Origin: Amphiscolops sp. MND2022 | Lineage: Eukaryota | Assembly (NCBI GenBank): GCA_964187785.1 | Contig: OZ076410.1 | Span: 89,342,001 to 89,406,000, forward strand | Direction of reading: 5' to 3' | Length of the DNA: 64,000 nt | Shown: piece by piece, positions 37,401 through 46,430 of the stretch | How positions within the stretch are numbered: the first letter of the stretch is position 1 | Layout of the letters: the number at the start of each line of letters is the position of its first letter | Notes under the pieces: model-generated | What the model saw: the letters and a program-made list of their open reading frames with translations, nothing else | The model's database searches: none | Told to the model about the DNA's origin: nothing | Program-made: the position numbers and the translations under genes

Positions 37401-39949
37401 AGTTCACTACAAAATCAAACACGAGGAAAACGACGAAACTTCAAAGAACGACTTCTACCCTATATTGTACGAAAAGGGGGATGAACGGAAAATCCTTCAC
37501 CTACAAAACGACGGTAATAACTTCACAGTTAACAATGTCTACGAGGAACCTAACCTGCCGAAGATTGAATCGGCACAAAGTTGTTTTGACGCCGGAAAAG
37601 AAATCAGAAATTACGAAGAGCTACGAATCAGATCTGGCACGCGAGAAAGCACTTCCGATATATCACAAAATACTTACAGCTCGGTTAACAGCGACGCCGA
37701 TGACGAAGCCCCTGCAGATGATGAACGTCAAGAAGTGAACGAAACAAATTATGAGCCTAATACGAGTTCCCCGACACTCCAAGAACGTACCCCTGAAAAT
37801 GATAAGGCAGCCGACAATTACGAGCTCCTTAAAACCACAATAGGAAAACAAAAGACATCAACACGAGAACTCATAGGCCAACTCGATAAGATTTCCAAAG
37901 AAGCGGAGCTAAACGTCACAACAATTTTACAAGAACAAATTAATGACCCAGTCCTCAGTGTGGTTCGACAATGGATGAAGACAGGAAACAAGCCTACGCC
38001 AAAGTCACCAGAACTACAACATTCGAAAGGCCTCATGCGCTACTTTCAGGAATTTGACCGACTAACTATAGAAGAACAGGGAAATCTCCTCTGCTACAAC
38101 GAGCCAACTGACGACCCGGCCGACGAAAACCTGAGAATCTGCCTACCTCTCTCTCTATTTCTAGCTTGCTTCCGTATGGGACATTACAACGACCTGGGCG
38201 GCCATATGGGGGCTGAGAAAACTTACCTAAATGCTAAAAGATTCTACTACTGGCCCGGAATGCACGACTGGATCTGTGCCCTCACACAAGACTGCGTTAG
38301 TTGCCAATCTAACAAATCCAAACAAAGAAGAAATAACGAAGTCCCACTGGAAGACTGTGAAACAGAGACCCAAGTATTCAGAACAGTTCATATCGATCAT
38401 AAAGGACCACTCAACCCTCCCAGTCGTGGAAATTCACACTGCCTTCTCATCATTGACGCATTCTCGCGCTATTTGATGGCATACCCGGTCCGAGACACAG
38501 GAGCGCACTCAACAATCAACGCTATGGAAAAATGGATAATGCACTACGGGATACCACAATCTATCATAGATTGTGGTATCCCGTAGTGCATTATCCATTT
38601 TTGTATTATGATGTATTATGATAATACATGATAGAGGAACAGCTTTTGTAAACACTGAGTTCGTCAACTGGACAAAAGAGTTTGGCATTACTCTTCGACC
38701 AAGAACTGCACACTCACCCTGGACAAATGGCAAAGTCGAGACGCAAAACCAACACATCGCAAGGTACTGGAGAAACTTCCTAAATGAATCAGGAAATAAC
38801 TGGGCCCAACTAGCCGCTAAACTTGCATTCGCCCACAACACAAGCGTCAACTACACAACAGGAAAGACACCCTACGAGATAGTGTTCTGCAACAAACCAC
38901 AAATACCTATGAGTCTGAAGCTGGGACTATATAGGAATAAAAACAAGAACTGTAAATCACAATTCTGTAACGGACTACCTCCACACCGCCATAGTGAAAA
39001 CCACGTAAAAAACGAACTATTAAATGGACTATTACGACCACAACTATCCCAAAACTTGCTGGAAAGAGAAACAGCCTTCAAAAAGATCTACTCATCCACA
39101 TACGAAAAGTGCAGACAACAAACAGCTCGATCACACGCCTACAGAAACAGATTTAAACTCGGAAACCACCTCAACATAGGACAAAAGGTCCTGCTAGAAA
39201 ACCATCGAAAAGATCTTTCTAAAAGCCAAAAACTTCAGCAACTACGATTAGGACCCTTTACAGTCACCAAGAGAATCACCTACACAACTTACCAAATAAC
39301 CGAAGATCGAAATCCAGAGAACCTCCGAACTGTACATAGAAATCACCTAATAGAATATTTTCCCAAAGAGGAAACACTCCCCCCTCTAATCGAAGAATAC
39401 ACAACTCCCCACCGTGGAGACACGGATTTTTATAACAATCTCGTCAAGGGAAGAATTGAACAACTTAATGTTTCAGAACCACAAACAATGGGAGATCTCT
39501 GCATATTGCCAGTTCGGACCCAACAAGATCAAATACTTGCCCGCAAAAGAGAACAAACCCCACAGAGCACATACTCTGGTATCATTTCTCCAGAAAACCA
39601 GTTGTTGGCAACCCCACAAACTCCCGATCAGCCTTCGACCTCACATCCTCGCGACACCGCAACCCCTATCCTAACGTTGACTCAACGTCAACTAACTCCA
39701 GCACGACCAACTAACAACCAGGCGTCTTCAAATAAATCACCGACCCCTTTGCAAGAATTACGAAGAGCTGTAGCCCGCCACATAGAAAGAAATCCACGAT
39801 ATCAACGAGCACAGCCCAATCAACCAGCACAACAGTCCGTCCTTCGTGAAAGGACTCGAATTGGTTACAAAGATAAAACCTTATCATGCCTTGCCATAAA
39901 GTATATCTACAATTGCCCTGGCAAGTTCCACGAGAACTTCAGTCCTTAG
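34312..39949 (+). CDS. pol: Family A Pol: protease, macrodomain, RT, RNase H, integrase; frameshifted by a 58-nt insertion at 38569-38626
   Basis: LLDTGATSS; GDLSCAFHQI..YIDD; HVDSSNVG..ELCGIV..CDHKP; H-H-CVSC zinc finger; IDHKGP..HDRG..GKVETQN. Confidence 0.96.
35200..35625 (+). CDS. TARG1/OARD1 (Poa1p)-like macrodomain within Pol
   Basis: RFIYVLITKAK..QSLETLKAHAKMNNIKTVSM..LEHFQWQDVTQIIQDIF parallels TARG1 [48 protein letters not shown]. Confidence 0.8.
38528..38602. repeat. Perfect 37-bp inverted repeat with a 1-nt loop (foldback insertion in integrase)
   Basis: 38528-38564 is the exact reverse complement of 38566-38602. Confidence 0.97.
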
Positions 39950-40272
39950 GTGTTCTCAACGTAACAATTACAAAAATCTACTGGACCTACACCAACAAGC
40001 TAGTTAGAATCTGCTTCTACTCCAAAGACCCAGACCCGAGCCATAATAAACAAACAACGCCCCGAAAATCAAACATACCTATACGCCCAGAATCTAAGAC
40101 CTTTGCTCTTCTATATCAACACCTCGCATACTATGCAGTCACACACCACGACCCTATCCTAGAAGAACTCCTATCCTACATGCCTACCCTAATACCTGAC
40201 CTACAACCTTCCCTACCTAATACTAAAATGGACCTATTCTGCTGCTCTACTATCTCCTCACCTAGCTCCTAG
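39886..40272 (+). CDS. Accessory ORF a (128 aa), small paralogous family
   Basis: ATG-started ORF overlapping the pol end; shares VYLQLPWQVP and ITKIYW..LVRICF with ORFs b-d. Confidence 0.6.
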   Translation: MPCHKVYLQLPWQVPRELQSLGVLNVTITKIYWTYTNKLVRICFYSKDPDPSHNKQTTPRKSNIPIRPESKTFALLYQHLAYYAVTHHDPILEELLSYMPTLIPDLQPSLPNTKMDLFCCSTISSPSS

Positions 40273-40442
40273 CCTGCCACGAATAGTAAAAAGGTTTTCT
40301 TATCATTTTTTATTATTGTTTGCTTTGGTTTACCGATACTGTTATATTATTTGTGCAATCCCGAAAGAGCCATACAAAAGGCCACAAAAGACTGAAGCAT
40401 ATAGAAAAATAGGGAAGTTTAAGAGTGGAGAGACTTCAGAGC

Positions 40443-41033
40443 CTACTCCAGCTCTAAATAGCCCCCCATCTCCGCCAGTTTCTTCAATTGCTGGACCCGC
40501 TCAGAATTTGTCCATGCGGGCCATAACCGACGAAACTGACCCCGCTGAAACGAGGTTAATCGGGAATTGCCCAAGATATGACTCCTGTGCTGGAACAGGA
40601 GCACTTCCCCCTGCCCGGCCAGGAGTCTTGACTCCCAGGCCCTACCATACTGTTGTAGCAGGAACGAAGCAAAGGCATCCGAAAGGGGAGGTCTACCGAC
40701 CATGTACCCCCGTACACCCCTCGTCCCTCGGTTGTCCTCCACCCACCTCTCCAACCGCGTAACATCCCCCCAATCATAGAGATCCATGAACGTTTCTCTG
40801 TCCGGGTTACTAATGAGCCCTGGTATTAATCTAACCAGCGGACGAATAACACGGGGCGCGGGGGAAGAACCAACAGGAACCGAAGTGTCCGGGCGACTAG
40901 GCCCGGCCACAGACATTGCTGAGGAAGCAACAACAGCAGCAGACGAAGAAGAGACGACGACAGTAGACGTAGTCGGGGCCGTAACGCCCGACGACCCACT
41001 AGGGGCAAGATTATTGGTATTATTGCTGCTCAT
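40443..41033 (-). CDS. Antisense accessory ORF (about 196 aa from ATG 41033), unknown function
   Basis: Uninterrupted ORF with a Ser/Thr/Val-rich N-terminus and a globular C-half; bounded by AT-rich gaps, with a minus-strand AATAAA near 40310. Confidence 0.6.
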   Translation of the reverse strand: MSSNNTNNLAPSGSSGVTAPTTSTVVVSSSSAAVVASSAMSVAGPSRPDTSVPVGSSPAPRVIRPLVRLIPGLISNPDRETFMDLYDWGDVTRLERWVEDNRGTRGVRGYMVGRPPLSDAFASFLLQQYGRAWESRLLAGQGEVLLFQHRSHILGNSRLTSFQRGQFRRLWPAWTNSERVQQLKKLAEMGGYLELE

Positions 41034-41232
41034 TACTAAATGCAAAGTAGCTATTGATAGTCATGTAAACCTAAATAAAAAATATATTGATTTAATACTT
41101 TTACGTCTTTATTTGTTTACCCTAGTATTCATAAATTCAATATATTATCTGCCCTTTATTCCTCGGTAATTAAACACGAAATCATCTGAAGTCGTGTTAA
41201 TAATTTTTACTGTAAGACTGTTTTCAAACGCA

Positions 41233-41531
41233 ATGAAAATAACTGATGATTACATTCTCAGATTTGCTCTGTTTGATGAACACAAACCACGAGGCAAAAC
41301 ACCCCACAGATGATCATAATATTCAAAATCGACAATAGACATTCACAGATCACGGACATTCAGAAGGAGCCCTCAACACAGAACATCATCATACAAGCCT
41401 ACGCAATAGCAGAGGAAGAAAGTGAAACCTACACTTGTGTGCCAGCATCACCCATCTACCCACTACTGGAGAGCTTGCTATATAACAACACCCCTACTGA
41501 AGTCTTCACCAGAGCCAAATCAGTCATTTAA
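41233..41531 (+). CDS. Accessory ORF b (26-aa piece plus 73-aa piece joined by an ATGA overlap or a frameshift)
   Basis: MKITDDYILRF...R* overlaps ATG 41310; paralog pattern ITDIQ..NIIIQAY. Confidence 0.5.
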
Positions 41532-41926
41532 TGTCCTCTCCCGCAGTAGCTGTCTTCCGCGGAAATAATTACTACTTCCACACCCAATTTCAACCTTCTG
41601 TTCCTTGGACGCCCATACAACTCAAGGGCCAATACGAAATACAGTCAATTTTCTACGAGATCACTACTTCTGCGATTCAAGTTCGTATCCTCACGCCAGA
41701 GGACAAAGAAGCTCTAGTCCTCTTCCCTATTCACTTCGGGTCCAAGGAATACGCCTACTTATTTCTTTCGTTCAAGCAATACATACTCCAACACCCCACC
41801 GTCCTCAAAGACAAGGCCTTCGACGACTTGGTTTATTTCATGGACATCACTCTCACCTCCAACCCCTTTGAAGAAGAAGTCCGAATCAAATACCTTCATA
41901 GCCTAGTCGACACCTACGATGTTTAA
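41531..41926 (+). CDS. Accessory ORF c (131 aa)
   Basis: Starts in a TAATG overlap with ORF b; pattern IQSIFY..AIQVRI..SKEYAYL. Confidence 0.65.
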   Translation: MSSPAVAVFRGNNYYFHTQFQPSVPWTPIQLKGQYEIQSIFYEITTSAIQVRILTPEDKEALVLFPIHFGSKEYAYLFLSFKQYILQHPTVLKDKAFDDLVYFMDITLTSNPFEEEVRIKYLHSLVDTYDV

Positions 41927-42260
41927 GATTCAACTCAAATTTCTCTGGCGGCATCCAGAAACAAACACCCTCCTAGAAATCCTCTCTATCGCTTGGAAAG
42001 ACAGCGCTCCAGTGATCCAAATAGAAATCCATAGTCTTCGACCGCACCAGCCAGGCCACTGGCTCATCCCGGTAGAAACCGACTCACAAGAAGCTGCCGC
42101 TCTCGCACAATCCCTCAAGGAATACAGACAGATAGCATACTTAAATCACATTCACCCTCTTACACTCTTCCTCCTCAACAAACTCATCGACTTCATCGAC
42201 TCGAGAAGAAAAAACAAACCCTCTCCCAGTCTGCAATTCATCAGTGACAATTACAGCTAA
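41919..42260 (+). CDS. Accessory ORF d (113 aa)
   Basis: ATG overlaps the end of ORF c by 8 nt (ATGTTTAA); pattern IQLKFLWRHP, ILSIAW..VIQIEI..SQEAAAL. Confidence 0.65.
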   Translation: MFKIQLKFLWRHPETNTLLEILSIAWKDSAPVIQIEIHSLRPHQPGHWLIPVETDSQEAAALAQSLKEYRQIAYLNHIHPLTLFLLNKLIDFIDSRRKNKPSPSLQFISDNYS

Positions 42261-42320
42261 ATCTTCACAAATGGTTGAAGTTAGTCTCTTTCAAATACTC
42301 TTCATAGGCACTCTTTTTCT

Positions 42321-42588
42321 AACAGTAGTGAGGTTACTACTATAAAATTTTAGCCTCCGCTTAGCGCAGTGCCCGCTAAGCTGCCGGTTTGATATTACGG
42401 CTTGCCTTTTTACGGTCTTACTCCTGGATCCATTACCTTAACTACAACTAAAAGAATAACAGACTTCTCTTTTTCTTAGGTACGTGTGAACAGTAGTGAG
42501 GTTACTACTATAAAATTTTAACCTCCGCTTAGTGTTGTACCAGCTAAGCTGCCGGTTTGATATTACGGCTTGCCTTTTTACGGCCTTA
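42321..42588 (+). repeat. Two 100-bp direct repeats (42321-42420 and 42489-42588) with pseudoknot/hairpin potential, flanking a splice acceptor at ~42479
   Basis: Near-identical copies; TTCTCTTTTTCTTAG|G lies between them; env ATG is 70 nt downstream of copy 2. Confidence 0.9.
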
Positions 42589-42657
42589 CAACGGATCCAC
42601 ATCTTCGAATAAAAGATTTCACATGATTGATTTTGCGAAGATTGCAAAATTTCAAAA

Positions 42658-44802
42658 ATGAAACTATTTTTCCTACTCTTTTTATGCGCCTATTACGCGC
42701 CCGTTGTGATCTCACAACGCCCTACGCCAAACCTCGCTAGCGTTGCTAAAAAATTGCGAGTTACTCATTTCGACTGCGGCGAAATGACCCAAAACAAGCT
42801 CTACGCATTGAATCAAGTAGAGCAATGCAATGTGGCCCCAGAAAACTTAGAAGTAAGTCGTGCTAGCGTAACGTTATACACTAAACACTTTCGCCGCACT
42901 ATCAACGCCACTATGTGCCGTGTGAAACATCAGAGTGAAGAATGGCATTGTGGTCATCACGACCACTCCAGTATGTCAATTCTACACAACGGAATCACTA
43001 GCGATCTTTCCTTGTCCCCCGAAACCTGTAAGGCAATGGGTGAAGGAAAAGAAGTCATAATCCATGGACAACTCCTTAGATTTAAAAAAGGAGTGAAACA
43101 AGTACAGACGAGAAACGCCAAATACGGAAAAAGTTGGGACGGGGTACGCGACCCTGATACCCGCAATGAGTGCAAAACAGGAGGATGGATCAAACGCGAA
43201 ACTTTCGAATCTCACATCCAAGACGCTGAGTTATCAGTCAAAACCCGAGATGGAAAGGTCCTCACACCGTTTCAGATGGTCCTTCCCTGTCCTTTGGAGC
43301 AACTTGGTTGTGAAACGACGTCACTGGACCCCTACGCATACACATGGGCAGAACCCGATAATTGCGTGCTTGCAGTACACAGAAAGGAAATGGTGAACAT
43401 GATAAAACACGGATCTAACTACTATTTTGTCAGCGGCAACGATTCCACTACCAAATTTTTATTCGAGGTCTACAACAGACCACAAAAGTACTGCAACAAA
43501 CCCGACGATGTATACCCGACCAACTACGAATCCCTGTACGTTTCAATCCAACTTGGTGGCTTCGACATGACCTCCGGCAGAAGACTCGGCATCTCCATGG
43601 GCGAGACATCTAAACTTCAATATTACTCACCTGACGATGGTTCTGGTAATGGCCGACTCCACCTCTTCAGAGGACCCAGCGACTCTAACCCCAATACACC
43701 ACATTATCTCAACATGGATTACGAGCTCCACCAAGGAACAAAGTTAGATTATCTCTTTTTTGAGAGCACCCGCTTACTTGAAGCTTCAGAAATCCAGCTT
43801 TTGAAAGCTCAATGTGAACAAGAAAGAACACAAATCCTCACCATCTTGATGCTCTCCATGGAAAACCCACGACTTGCCGGATACATGCTCACGGGAAATC
43901 GCTCAATGTTCCTGAACACAGATGGTAGCCTAGCATGGCTCTACCACTGCCCAGAATCCCACTCACCTCTTCACACGATGAACCAATGCTACGACCGCAT
44001 ACCCATCTTCTACAAAGGAGTGGTCGCCTTCGTGGACCCCATCACCCGACAGACTTATCCTAATGCGAACGTGCACAATTGCAGCGATCGCATTAAGAAC
44101 CTCTTCCAACTGGACATGGAAGACAAAGATTCCTGGTTTACCCTCACTCCTTCACCCGAACACCGTGACCGACCTGCTATCTTCGGACCCAAGGACATCC
44201 AACCACTGATTACCAGATCCTTTCCTGGATCACAAGACGCAGGAATGTACACGCCAAAACAACTCTCGGAATTTTGGGATAACATCCTCATCAGCGCAGC
44301 TTCACGAAATGCCCTCCAGAAGTTTTCACGAGAACTCATCATCCCTTCAATGGCCCATAGCGGACCCGAATCATTTGCGTATTATGCACCCCGTACCGAT
44401 TTTTACGTTGACGGTATGATATCACCCGACTACTTCAAAAATCAATTCCTCGAAACCTTCGGAAGTATATCGTACGTCCTCGAACTCTGCGGCGCGTATT
44501 TTGGCGCCTTTCTTTTTATTAAATTCGTTATAGATATCACGGTCCTAGTCTTCCGCTATTTCGAACTTCGTCACCTTACTGGTAATACCCTGAGCTTCAC
44601 TAAAACCTTGCTCAGTGCTTCGTACAATCTTTTCTTTACCTCCGTTTTAACTTCCGTATTCACCCCGCGGGCCCCTCTCGAGGATAGCATTGAAGAAAGA
44701 ACAAAAACGGAAGACGAAATAAAAGCGGTAGAACTTCAAAATCTGAAACAAAAAGAGGAACCACTATACCCCTCAATACAGAGCTTCGTAGCTCCAATTT
44801 AA
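42658..44802 (+). CDS. env: Intact envelope glycoprotein, 714 aa, class III fusion-protein-like (chuvirus G / herpesvirus gB type)
   Basis: Signal peptide MKLFFLLFLCAYY; Cys-rich ectodomain; QCEQE..NPRLAG..G..C..CYDRIP resembles gB WCELQ..NPNAIAS..G..C..CYSRP; C-terminal hydrophobic anchor. Confidence 0.88.
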   Translation: MKLFFLLFLCAYYAPVVISQRPTPNLASVAKKLRVTHFDCGEMTQNKLYALNQVEQCNVAPENLEVSRASVTLYTKHFRRTINATMCRVKHQSEEWHCGHHDHSSMSILHNGITSDLSLSPETCKAMGEGKEVIIHGQLLRFKKGVKQVQTRNAKYGKSWDGVRDPDTRNECKTGGWIKRETFESHIQDAELSVKTRDGKVLTPFQMVLPCPLEQLGCETTSLDPYAYTWAEPDNCVLAVHRKEMVNMIKHGSNYYFVSGNDSTTKFLFEVYNRPQKYCNKPDDVYPTNYESLYVSIQLGGFDMTSGRRLGISMGETSKLQYYSPDDGSGNGRLHLFRGPSDSNPNTPHYLNMDYELHQGTKLDYLFFESTRLLEASEIQLLKAQCEQERTQILTILMLSMENPRLAGYMLTGNRSMFLNTDGSLAWLYHCPESHSPLHTMNQCYDRIPIFYKGVVAFVDPITRQTYPNANVHNCSDRIKNLFQLDMEDKDSWFTLTPSPEHRDRPAIFGPKDIQPLITRSFPGSQDAGMYTPKQLSEFWDNILISAASRNALQKFSRELIIPSMAHSGPESFAYYAPRTDFYVDGMISPDYFKNQFLETFGSISYVLELCGAYFGAFLFIKFVIDITVLVFRYFELRHLTGNTLSFTKTLLSASYNLFFTSVLTSVFTPRAPLEDSIEERTKTEDEIKAVELQNLKQKEEPLYPSIQSFVAPI

Positions 44803-44838
44803 AAGATAAACCTTTCTCATCAAATGTATTACTTTTAG

Positions 44839-45327
44839 CAACTAGACTCAATTTTCGACCTACCAAACCTGGACGAAGACAACCCTAACCCTAACCTCGA
44901 GGATGACTTAGAAATCGAGCCCCTATCACCATCGGACCTGCTATCCCCAATATCACCCACAACAATCAACTTCCTCCTAGACCCACCAGACTCAACAGTT
45001 TCCTCTCCCCCAAGGGTGCCTACAACAACAACCTCATCAACAACATCAGAGCGACCCCCCTTTCCGCTGTCGTTCACAGAAGAGGTAGCACCTATCCCAT
45101 CAACTCAACATCCACCCCGATTCGGCGGAAAAGATATAAGAAGAATCTTCCCCAGAAAACACCACCACCAATGGAACAACGAGATAGCGGACCAGGCACC
45201 ACTAAATAAACAACACAAAAGGGAATACTATACAAAAAGGGCCCGATATGTTAAAAGGCCTAGATTCAATGCAGACTTAAAGTATACCCTACTTCCCCAA
45301 TTCTCATCATGGAACATCGTTTTCTAG
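44839..45327 (+). CDS. ATG-less open frame after a TTTTAG acceptor: acidic, Pro/Ser/Thr-rich, with a basic C-terminal cluster
   Basis: The frame is open from 44839 (QLDSIFDLPNLDED...) to the TAG at 45327 and contains KRARYVKRPRF. Confidence 0.45.
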   Translation, partial: QLDSIFDLPNLDEDNPNPNLEDDLEIEPLSPSDLLSPISPTTINFLLDPPDSTVSSPPRVPTTTTSSTTSERPPFPLSFTEEVAPIPSTQHPPRFGGKDIRRIFPRKHHHQWNNEIADQAPLNKQHKREYYTKRARYVKRPRFNADLKYTLLPQFSSWNIVF

Positions 45328-46430
45328 GACAACAAGAGACAAGAATACACTATAGAGAACCCTGCACTCAAAGGACAAAGACTAACTGTCCCCTTAAGAT
45401 CAATATCCGCACAATGAATCACAGGCTAAATCCTAATGCTGCCCCCTTCATCCCAAAAAATAATCCTTCCTCCCATACTACTACACCCGATTGGCCACCC
45501 ATATCAAAACCAGATGATCCAGAAGAACAAGAGACTCTCGAGGGAATAGAAAGATTGAGCAAATGGATATCAGAATTAAAAACCTCAACCAAATCACGTT
45601 GCCAAAACGAAAAACTACTAGAAACCCCGGTTCTTCGGAAATCATTTCCCTTAACAGAAACCTTACAGTCTAAAACGAAACTTGATGGCAAAGTGAAACA
45701 ACTCTACAATTCGGCAGAAGAAGCAAGGACTAGATGTCTACAATTAGAGACCACAATATCCAACTTACAAGCAACTATAAAATACCAATGCTCCCTCCTC
45801 AGAAAAACTAATATCATCGATGGGAGAAACAATGAACCCTTCCTGTGGCAGATTCCCGCATTTTCTACACTATACCGGAAAGCAAAAACCTTCCCGAATG
45901 AACCACTAAGCAACTTCAAATGTAGCTTCACCAGCCCCATCTATACCACTCACCTAGCAGGCTGCAAAATATCCCTTAGACTATTTCCATATGGGATAAA
46001 CCTCTTTCGTGGAACCCACTCCTCCATTTGCTGTGAGCTCCATTTTAGCGACTTCACCCTCCCTCGAACATGGCCCTTCGAACGACAATTAGAAATCTCC
46101 ATCATAGATCAAAAAGACAAAAACAACAAGTGGTCTACCTACTTCCCAAACAACTCTGACAAGAACAACCAAGACGACACCCACGCCGGCACCTACACCC
46201 TTCCTGAACTCATGCGAGAAGATTTCATCCCTCACACAAAACTATTGGTCAACTTCAGGGAAGCCTTTTTAAACAACGACTCTGTAATCCTCCAAATTAA
46301 ATTTAAAAATCCTCCCCCTTTAAAATCCCAAGTGCTAAAGAATCCCCCCTTCATTTCTGACCTACCCCAGATACCTCATTCTTTTCTCCCTGCCAGGGGG
46401 GTGAGCTGTCGCGTTATGACTAACGCTTAA
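45309..46430 (+). CDS. PAM2 motif + coiled coil + TRAF-C/MATH domain protein (373 aa; probable start ATG 45414)
   Basis: LNPNAAPFIP at 45426-45455; helical heptad-rich region; MATH 45840-46304: FLWQIP..FTSPIYT..GCKISLRLFPYG..RGTHSSI..WPFERQLEISIIDQ..FLNNDSVILQIK. Confidence 0.88.
   Translation: MEHRFLGQQETRIHYREPCTQRTKTNCPLKINIRTMNHRLNPNAAPFIPKNNPSSHTTTPDWPPISKPDDPEEQETLEGIERLSKWISELKTSTKSRCQNEKLLETPVLRKSFPLTETLQSKTKLDGKVKQLYNSAEEARTRCLQLETTISNLQATIKYQCSLLRKTNIIDGRNNEPFLWQIPAFSTLYRKAKTFPNEPLSNFKCSFTSPIYTTHLAGCKISLRLFPYGINLFRGTHSSICCELHFSDFTLPRTWPFERQLEISIIDQKDKNNKWSTYFPNNSDKNNQDDTHAGTYTLPELMREDFIPHTKLLVNFREAFLNNDSVILQIKFKNPPPLKSQVLKNPPFISDLPQIPHSFLPARGVSCRVMTNA
46395..46406 (+). promoter_or_regulatory. 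Polypurine tract of family A (AGGGGGGTGAGC)
   Basis: G-run immediately 5' of the 3' LTR. Confidence 0.8.

Noticed and set aside
33046-39674. Numerous 60-140 aa ORFs on other frames and strands over gag-pol
   Set aside because: Shadow ORFs of the real coding frame with no independent motifs.
41243-41252. CTGATGA hammerhead-core motifs here and elsewhere
   Set aside because: No accompanying GAAA core or three-stem architecture; they fall in coding sequence.
44881-44897. Telomere-like AACCCTAACCCTAACC (similar text at ~19678)
   Set aside because: Only about two units, and they encode NPNPN within reading frames.
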